Of a stretch of 64,000 bases of DNA, positions 56,489 through 64,000 are shown piece after piece; position 1 is the first letter of the stretch, and every line of letters begins with the position of its first letter. Under the pieces are notes generated by a model. It was given only the letters and a program-made list of their open reading frames with translations. It was not told the origin of the DNA and did not search any database. The position numbers and the translations under genes were made by a program. Origin of the DNA: an uncultured Acidobacteriaceae bacterium (GTDB taxonomy: Bacteria; Acidobacteriota; Terriglobia; Terriglobales; Acidobacteriaceae); assembly GCA_963818945.1 (NCBI GenBank), contig CAWFUA010000004.1:254976-318975 (forward strand). The letters run 5' to 3'.

Positions 56489-57463
56489 ATGAAACAAATG
56501 ATTCATTTGCCTCGAATTTTCCGGATCGCGATCGCGGCCGGTGTTCTCAGCGCGTCGCTTACCTTCGCCGGGGAAGTGGCCGGTGGCGCGGAAGCGCGCA
56601 ATCAGGAGATCTGGCGCGAAGCCATCGCGCAGACCGAGGTCCCTGCGGAGGGATGCTTTCAAGCCTCTTATCCGAACCTGACCTGGAACCAGGTCGAATG
56701 CGCAGTCGCGCCCAACATCCCATACACGCCGCGAAGGGGGCAGATGAGTCAAACCGTAGGGAATGGCAATGATTATGCCGCCGAAGTCACCACGGGGCTG
56801 ATCAAAAAAACCGTCGGCTCCTTCCCCAAGGTCACGGGAGTGAAGACGGAAACGGGCGCGCTTGGAGCGAATGATTACTCGCTGCAGCTCAATTCGAACT
56901 TCATGAACACGGCGGCCTGCAATGGCGCCAGTAACCCGGCGAAGTGCCTGGACTGGGAGCAATTCGTCTATGCGTCGGGTTACGACGTAGCATTCATGCA
57001 GTATTGGCTGATCAATTGGAACAAGACCTGCCCCAGTGGGTGGTTCAGCTACAGCAACGATTGCTACACGAACAGCTCGGCCGTGACCGTGCCTCAGGAA
57101 GCGATCACCAAGCTCAAGACGCTCAAGCTATCGGGTGCGGCGAAGAAGGGCGGCATAGACACGCTGGTGTGCACTGCGGGAGGGCACGCTTACAGCACCA
57201 CAGGATCGGATAGCGTCGTCGATCTGGCGACCGCATGGACGGAGTCGGAGTTCAACATAATCGGCGACGGCAACGGTTCGGCGGCCGATTTCAACTCGGG
57301 CTCGTCCGTGACGGTGAAGGTCGCGGTGTCGAATGGGACCAAGAATGCGCCGACGTGCGCATCCAATGCGGGAACGACGGGGGAGACCAACAACCTGAAT
57401 CTGGGCAGCTGTTCCGGCACGGGTGGTGCCTCGCCCTATATCGAGTTCATCGAATCGAATTAA
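56489..57463 (+). CDS. Hypothetical secreted protein
   Basis: ATG at 56489 after a GGAGAA Shine-Dalgarno, with signal MKQMIHLPRIFRIAIAAGVLSASLTFAGE. No family recognised. Confidence 0.55.
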   Translation: MKQMIHLPRIFRIAIAAGVLSASLTFAGEVAGGAEARNQEIWREAIAQTEVPAEGCFQASYPNLTWNQVECAVAPNIPYTPRRGQMSQTVGNGNDYAAEVTTGLIKKTVGSFPKVTGVKTETGALGANDYSLQLNSNFMNTAACNGASNPAKCLDWEQFVYASGYDVAFMQYWLINWNKTCPSGWFSYSNDCYTNSSAVTVPQEAITKLKTLKLSGAAKKGGIDTLVCTAGGHAYSTTGSDSVVDLATAWTESEFNIIGDGNGSAADFNSGSSVTVKVAVSNGTKNAPTCASNAGTTGETNNLNLGSCSGTGGASPYIEFIESN

Positions 57464-57507
57464 GGCGCTCGCAACGGCGAGCTGATGATCGACTTGCGGA
57501 GGCCGAG

Positions 57508-57537
57508 GGAATTCTTCCTCGGCCTTCCGCGTTTGTG
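57508..57537. terminator. Candidate bidirectional hairpin terminator between convergent genes
   Basis: AGGCCGAGG (57510-57518), loop GAATTCTT, CCTCGGCCT (57527-57535). Lies between the stops at 57463 (+) and 57585 (-). The U-tract is weak. Confidence 0.45.
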
Positions 57538-57584
57538 GGTGGCCCGATCGGGACATTCGTTTGGATAACTCAGTGATTAATGAC

Positions 57585-57848
57585 TCAATCATTCAATCCA
57601 CTGACTCCCAGCCGCTTGGCCATTTCGTCGTAGAGAAATCCCTCGCCGGGACGGTAAGGCTGCACCCATTCTCCATCGATCACGAATTGGGGGATGGCGC
57701 GCTTGCCGGTCTGGCGGACGACTTCGTCGGCTGCGCAGGGTGTGGCTTCGATGTTGATGTCGGTGTAGGGAATCTTGTAGCGGTCGAGGAAGCGTTTGGC
57801 CTCGCGGCAATCGGGACACCAGGGAGCGGAATAAACGGTCAGTTGCAT
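57585..57848 (-). CDS. Glutaredoxin-family (NrdH-like) protein
   Basis: 87 aa: VYSAPWCPDCREAKRFL with a CPDC redox motif, and RAIPQFVIDG. Confidence 0.85.
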   Translation of the reverse strand: MQLTVYSAPWCPDCREAKRFLDRYKIPYTDINIEATPCAADEVVRQTGKRAIPQFVIDGEWVQPYRPGEGFLYDEMAKRLGVSGLND

Positions 57849-58206
57849 CGGTTTCCATCTAGATGTGGGCCGACGGCCTTTGGTCGCAACCGGTGTTGGG
57901 TCGCAATCGGCCTCGGTCGGTGGATTTTGGCGACTCCGGCAGTGAATGGGGGAACTTGTTGAAAACTCCTGGATCGGGCCCGGGAATGATCAACTTGGGC
58001 CGCACGGCATCTGTTTCATACGGGCCTGCGCGCGCAGGTTCGACGCGGCATCGACCGTTTCCGATACCCGTCGAAATCTTTTCACCGGCGTTAGCCCTCA
58101 TTGACCCCCTTGGGAGTAAATGGCAAGGCGGATGTAGAATGGCTCCGTCTGCGCACACAAGACCATGGTGGTGGATACACGAATTGCTTCTCGAGGGCGA
58201 GGAATC

Positions 58207-58641
58207 ATGAAAATCCTGATAGGAATTGACGACTCGAATTTCTCCGGAGATGTGTTACGGGCGATTGTCACGCAGGTTCGGACTGAGCATACGGAGATCC
58301 GGGTTTTGCATGTGTTGCAGCCGTTTGCGCCCGCTCCCCCGCAAATGGCGGAAGGCTATGCTCCCGAGTTGGAAGATCAGAAAAAGCCGGCCCATGAGTT
58401 GGTCGAGCGAATTGCGAAGGAACTGCGTAGCGCAGGATTCAAGGTGGACACTGCCGTCGAGGTGGGTGACATCAGAGAGAGAATCATCGATTCCGCAGCC
58501 GAGTGGGGCGCCGATCTGATCGTCGTTGGTTCGCATGGAGAGAGAGGCATCCGGCGTTTCTTGCTGGGCAGCGTGGCCGAATTCGTCGCTCGCCATGCCA
58601 AATGCTCGGTGGAGATCGTTCGCACACCGGCGAGTATCTGA
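58207..58641 (+). CDS. Universal stress protein (UspA family)
   Basis: MKILIGIDDSNFS...DLIVVGSHGERGIRRFLLGSVAEFVARHAKCSVEIVR. Confidence 0.9.
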   Translation: MKILIGIDDSNFSGDVLRAIVTQVRTEHTEIRVLHVLQPFAPAPPQMAEGYAPELEDQKKPAHELVERIAKELRSAGFKVDTAVEVGDIRERIIDSAAEWGADLIVVGSHGERGIRRFLLGSVAEFVARHAKCSVEIVRTPASI

Positions 58642-58662
58642 CGGCCACTTTAAAACTCCAGC

Positions 58663-59022
58663 TCACACGTGTTCCAACTCGCGCACCGTGCGCTCGTTGG
58701 TCAGGTTGCCGGTGTTCAGCGTCGAAGCCGGCTCGAAGAGCACGACCCAGCATTCTTCTTCGGCAACGGGACGGTGCTCGACCCCGCGCGGCACCACGAT
58801 GAACTCGCCTTCTTCAATCCACTCTTGCCGGTCCCGAAACTCCATGCGGAAGCGGCCTTTTACAACCAGGAACAATTCGTCCTCGTTCTCGTGATGATGA
58901 AACACGAACTCGCTATTCAGCTTGACGAACTTTACATACTGTCCGTTGAGTTCGGCGGCAATGCGTGGCTTTTCGCACTCGGTGATCTTGGCGAATTTCT
59001 CTGCGATGTTGACTTTGGACAT
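58663..59022 (-). CDS. Cupin domain protein
   Basis: 119 aa: HHHENEDELFLVVKG...EGEFIVVPRGVEHRP, a two-motif cupin. Confidence 0.8.
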   Translation of the reverse strand: MSKVNIAEKFAKITECEKPRIAAELNGQYVKFVKLNSEFVFHHHENEDELFLVVKGRFRMEFRDRQEWIEEGEFIVVPRGVEHRPVAEEECWVVLFEPASTLNTGNLTNERTVRELEHV

Positions 59023-59322
59023 ATGGCCTCGGAGCGGGGAGATGCTGACTAATGGGTATGCGCCGACTCCTTGGATTGCTCATGTGGCGGAAAGGACGCA
59101 AAGAAAAAAGCCGCCAGCATGCGCTGGCGGCCTGCTCCATGTGGGCGAAGCGGTGCTTGGCTCGTTGCTTTCTCAGACAAACGGGCCGCGTCCACGAATC
59201 CGTTCGGCGAACCTGCTCGCGAACCTTAGAGCCCGGGCACTCCCGCGCTCGAATGTCCGCCGGGCAGCGATACCCGCACGCCGCGCTGCAAGTTCACCTG
59301 CGTGGTTGTGGTCCAGTCGACT

Positions 59323-60252
59323 TCATCGGTCGCTGATGACGCCGTTGCCGCCGCTGGCCAGTTCATAACTGATGCGTCCGTCCTGGTAGGTGTAGTTGCC
59401 CACCGCCAGAACCATGCCGGTCTTCAGCACGAACACAGGTATTCCCGGCGATGTGCCGGTAATGCGCGTGCTAGTGCTCGCCAGCTTGGCCGTTGTTGAG
59501 CCAGGATTGTAAGTGGCATACGTCACGGCCGGAACTTCCTGTGCAACCGGCGGCTCACTGGGGCTAACGCGGCGCACAGCCAGGCGCGGACCGGCGCTGT
59601 TATTGAGCGAGCCGTAATAGGCGTCGTTCTGGTACTGCGCGTCGTTCTGCGGACGAGGCCCGAAGAAATGCCAGTCGGGGCCGATGGTCTGCGCGACCTG
59701 GGGCAGCTGCACGTCGTCCATCAAGCGCAGCGTGAGCACGCTCTCACCCTTCAGCGTAGGACGCGGCCCGCGCGCTGGCAGCATGATGATCTTCCACGGC
59801 CAGAGCGGCGGGATCATCCACTCGACCACGTCGCGCTTGGGGTGGCCTTTGCCGTCGATGTCGCCATACTTATCGACCTTGTAGCCGCGGGTCGCGATCA
59901 CTTTCGCGTCGAGCGGCATATCGCCCTGCGGCATTCCGATGCGGTCGAACACGAGCTTCATGTAGCCCTTGCCCCAGAAGTGGCCGGGATCCTGCGAAGC
60001 CTCCAGATGGCCGACCAGATAGCTTCCGCGCGGGATGACCTGGCGTCCGAATTCGGTCACGGAGCGCAGATGGCACAGCACCGGATCGCCGACCGCGACC
60101 GACGCCGAGGAGAAGTTGGGTTCGTTAAGCGTGCACTGCAGAATCGTCCCAGCGGGCAGGACCACTTCCCGCGCACTGGCACAAAGGGTTAGAAGGGAAA
60201 GCAAACACAGGAGAGACACTACACGCAAAGCTACCGCAGAGCTGGTCTTCAT
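59323..60252 (-). CDS. Hypothetical secreted protein
   Basis: 309 aa with signal MKTSSAVALRVVSLLCLLSLLTLCASA. No family confidently recognised. Confidence 0.55.
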   Translation of the reverse strand: MKTSSAVALRVVSLLCLLSLLTLCASAREVVLPAGTILQCTLNEPNFSSASVAVGDPVLCHLRSVTEFGRQVIPRGSYLVGHLEASQDPGHFWGKGYMKLVFDRIGMPQGDMPLDAKVIATRGYKVDKYGDIDGKGHPKRDVVEWMIPPLWPWKIIMLPARGPRPTLKGESVLTLRLMDDVQLPQVAQTIGPDWHFFGPRPQNDAQYQNDAYYGSLNNSAGPRLAVRRVSPSEPPVAQEVPAVTYATYNPGSTTAKLASTSTRITGTSPGIPVFVLKTGMVLAVGNYTYQDGRISYELASGGNGVISDR

Positions 60253-60447
60253 CGAATCACCTCGGTCTCACGCCCCAAAAATTCGTGGTACCGTGCCAAA
60301 GCAACTAGCGTTGAGCCAGCCCCGATTGGGACGAGTAAAACACAAGTTGGGGTGGTGGGTCAATTGTGGATTGGCAAGTCGGTAGGGGAATTCGCTGTCA
60401 ACTAACCTAAGCGATTGGGTTTGTGCTAGGATAAAACCAAAAAATTC

Positions 60448-60870
60448 ATGGTATCGCGTAGCGACATTAAGTCAGCAAACCGCAGAGGCGAACAAATGCG
60501 GAGAGATTTTCCTCACGCGGTTGCGGCTCGCTATGACCGAGCGAGCGGGAAGGTCGTGATCCACCTGAGTTCGAAGCTGACGCTGAGTTTCTCGCCGCAA
60601 GATGCGCAGGGTCTCGAAAATGCCCGGCCTGCCGAGCTTGAGGAAATTAAGTTGAGTCCGTCAGGATTCGGACTGCATTTTCCGAAGCTCGACGCCGATT
60701 TATATATTCCCGGCTTGCTTGAAGGGCTGATGGGATCGAAGAAGTGGATGGCAGCGAGGCTAGGCCAGCTCGGCGGGCAGTCGCGAAGCAAGGCGAAGAA
60801 AGCAGCATCGCGGGCGAATGGGCTGAAGGGGGGGCGGCCTCGGCGGACGGAAGTTGCGGCGGGGGACTAG
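60448..60870 (+). CDS. DUF2442-like small protein with basic C-terminal tail
   Basis: 140 aa: VAARYDRASGKVVIHLSSKLTLSFSPQDAQGLENARPAELEEIKLSPSGFGLHFPKLDADLYIPGLL, then SRSKAKKAASRANGLKGGRPRR. Confidence 0.6.
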   Translation: MVSRSDIKSANRRGEQMRRDFPHAVAARYDRASGKVVIHLSSKLTLSFSPQDAQGLENARPAELEEIKLSPSGFGLHFPKLDADLYIPGLLEGLMGSKKWMAARLGQLGGQSRSKAKKAASRANGLKGGRPRRTEVAAGD

Positions 60871-60976
60871 GGCTTGGAATCGCTGAACCACACATTCGCA
60901 CCATACGCGAATGTCTCTGGGGTGCCGGATTGTTAGACGGGGGCTGCCAGGGATTTCCAGCCCCGGTTTGAATCCT

Positions 60977-61564
60977 TCATCTGTAAGCCTGCTTCCCATG
61001 AAGACAGCAAGTTTGATCTTGAATTTGAGCGGCCCGGTCAGAAAGCTGTAGTACCTTTCGGCGTAACAATGCTGGGTACTCAGCGCCTGGGAGGGACGAT
61101 ATCTGACAGTAGTCTACGACCCACTCCGCGTTGCTCAGTTGTTCATGCGTGCCCATGTAAAAATAGTTGATGTAGCCCGGGTCGGCTGAGTTTCGCGGAT
61201 CTTTGTTGCCCCTCAAGCTGGCGATCTTGGCTTCGTCCCCAGAAATCGATGACTTGATCGGTACTAGCCGGGCGACAGGAATGGTCGGTAGTAAGCATTT
61301 ACCATTCCTGAGTTCCAATTCGCAACAATGCGCAACTACTACTCCGAAGCAAAGGCGCATTTTTACCTGGGCGGTAATGCAGTCTTTGACGCTGCGATGT
61401 TCGGTAGGAATGGCGAGAACCTTAGGGTGTGGAGTCTGCACGCGGCCCTCGTGGTCGATCCTGCTCAAGACCGAAAGCTCACCGTCCAGTATAGGAAAAG
61501 GAACGGCCTCTAGTACGTCACCCTGCCTGATGCAATTAGCTCCATGCGGCGGGTGCACGTACAT
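60977..61564 (-). CDS. Hypothetical protein (third gene of TIGR04255 cassette)
   Basis: 195 aa: MYVHPPHGANCIRQGDVLEAVPFPILDGE...GVVVAHCCELEL. It starts 4 nt after the upstream stop. The C-terminus may be affected by a further frame error. Confidence 0.5.
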   Translation of the reverse strand: MYVHPPHGANCIRQGDVLEAVPFPILDGELSVLSRIDHEGRVQTPHPKVLAIPTEHRSVKDCITAQVKMRLCFGVVVAHCCELELRNGKCLLPTIPVARLVPIKSSISGDEAKIASLRGNKDPRNSADPGYINYFYMGTHEQLSNAEWVVDYCQISSLPGAEYPALLRRKVLQLSDRAAQIQDQTCCLHGKQAYR

Positions 61565-61567
61565 GAA

Positions 61568-61931
61568 TCAATCCTTTGGCTCGTCGAATCCGCTCAACTG
61601 GCTCGCGTTTGTTCTCACGCTTACTATGCTGTCGAGCAATCGCACGCTAGCCGCGTTAAGTGGCGATGACTCTAATCGTAACTCCTCAGACTGTGTTGAC
61701 TTAGGAAAAAGGTCGTTCGACAAGAGCTCGGTAGCGGACGATTTCCTGTTGCAATTCGAATATAGCACGCTCGTGAGCTTGCAGCAGTTGCAGCTTAACC
61801 GTCACTTGGTAGTCGTGAGCTCTCCCCACGCGTGATACAGCTACGATCAAGGGCGTGCCGCCACTCATTGTTGCGGCGGGATCAGCGTACACCGGAGAAG
61901 AGTAGTTCGCGGATTGTGATGCAAAGTTCAT
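61568..61931 (-). pseudogene. Hypothetical ~120 aa protein split by a 1-nt insertion in an A5/T5 run
   Basis: ORF 61701..61931 ends ...RYRALVERPFS*. Deleting one T of TTTTT (A5 at 61706-61710 on +) continues as PKSTQSEELRLESSPLNAASVRLL..., the tail of ORF 61568..61768. Confidence 0.5.
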
Positions 61932-62644
61932 TATTTACCCCGCATTACTTCCCGATATTCGTCGGTTACGTGGTCGAGAAACATGCGCTGCGCAGAATCG
62001 TGAAACCGCTCCATCAACAACGGAACTTCAGTTGCCGGCCTTACTACCTCAGTATAGGCTTCGAAGTCCAGAATGTACGTCCGTATTGGGCCTGCAAGCA
62101 TCGCAGTACGGATCAAGACCATTGATCGTTGTGACTCGCCACCACCTGATCGCGAACTGTTGAACCGAATTGAGAAGCACTCGGTCGAACTCCACGAGGG
62201 GCCTCACGTATCGGGTGATTGATTCCGGGCTTTGAGTGGGTAATGGGATTTCATTGACATACCTAAGCCCGATTCGCGTCAGGGACGAAACTCAAAAGTG
62301 CCGCAGAAATTGGCGGCTATCCGCTGAACCTCGTCTTTGAATTCCTCGAAATTGGCAAATGAGGAGAATGCCAATGCCATATTGTGGGATGACACCTTTA
62401 TCACCCTGGCTGCACGCGGGTTTTGAAAAACAGTGACGTTAAGCGTTGCTCCATTCGGAAGGAGCGCTGTTTCTCGTCCTACGTCCGGGTAATCTTGAAC
62501 TAGCTCTTCCTGAAATCGCCACATCTCCGCCTCGATGCGGAGTCGTGGTGTAAACCTGATCTCAAAGTTGACCTCCCGGATTGGATTGGCGGGAAATACT
62601 TCCTTGAGTTCCGCGTCGGAAATATTTCTGGCGGCGGGCGTCAT
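61931..62644 (-). pseudogene. TIGR04255-family protein, at least two frame breaks
   Basis: The N-terminus NPIREVNFEIRFTPRLRIE is typical of TIGR04255. ORF 62279..62644 ends FEFRP*. Adding one C to the CCC run (GGG 62282-62284 on +) continues as LTRIGLRYVNEIP... The C-terminal part (YILDFEAYTEVV...MERFHDSAQRMFLDHVTDEY) is in a third frame (ORF 61931..62122). Confidence 0.6.
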
Positions 62645-62833
62645 CTCAAACTCTCCGGTCCATTAGCTAGTATCGGCAATATCCCACGGCTAATGAACCC
62701 TGTCTAGATGGAAGGACTCTACATTGTATACGTTCACGCGAGTTTGCAGCCGTTAGCTTCTATTTGGCAGATGAAAGAGCATGCAGAGCCTTGCTCGGTT
62801 TGGACGGGCGAGCCCGTCCGGAAACGAGAATAC

Positions 62834-64000
<1,167 letters not shown>

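Noticed and set aside
56369-56962. 197 aa minus-strand ORF
   Set aside because: It overlaps the 5' half of the better-supported secreted-protein CDS (SD plus signal peptide at 56489) and has an R-rich composition.

Overview
This is a roughly 58-60% GC chromosomal segment. Its family content points to Acidobacteriota (Terriglobia-like): a GWxTD protein, a VWFA-related Acidobacterial domain protein, a GloVer-repeat protein and CarboxypepD_reg proteins. This taxonomic call is an inference from content, not a database hit.

The centre of the window (13.9-38.3 kb, minus strand) is a complete division/cell-wall (dcw) cluster: mraZ-rsmH-orf87-ftsL-ftsI-[2 small + strand ORFs]-murE-murF-mraY-[69 aa ORF]-murD-ftsW-[4.6 kb accessory island]-murG-murC-[177 aa coiled-coil ORF]-ftsQ-ftsA-ftsZ.

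Flanking genes:
- Left: a MacA/MacB-type adaptor plus ATPase, a TPR/GT-C-like membrane protein, a PBP-like transpeptidase and a DUF885 protein.
- Right: GNAT, VWA, an S55-like peptidase, a small AT-richer island with BrnT/BrnA, a PAS histidine kinase with a NarL-type regulator, cspA, a trypsin-like protease, glutaredoxin, Usp, cupin, a TIGR04255-led three-gene cassette, and the 3' two-thirds of clpC.

Main observations:
1. The dcw cluster is interrupted by several lineage-specific insertions.
2. An ordered pair of conserved non-coding modules (A...B) brackets two unrelated gene sets.
3. Heptanucleotide tandem-repeat palindromes sit between, and even inside, dcw genes.
4. At least eight apparent single-nucleotide frameshifts occur, several in homopolymers and two or three in essential genes (murD, ftsI, probably ftsL). 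Indel sequencing error explains these better than real pseudogenes.

I saw no rRNA, tRNA, CRISPR array, transposase or integrase.
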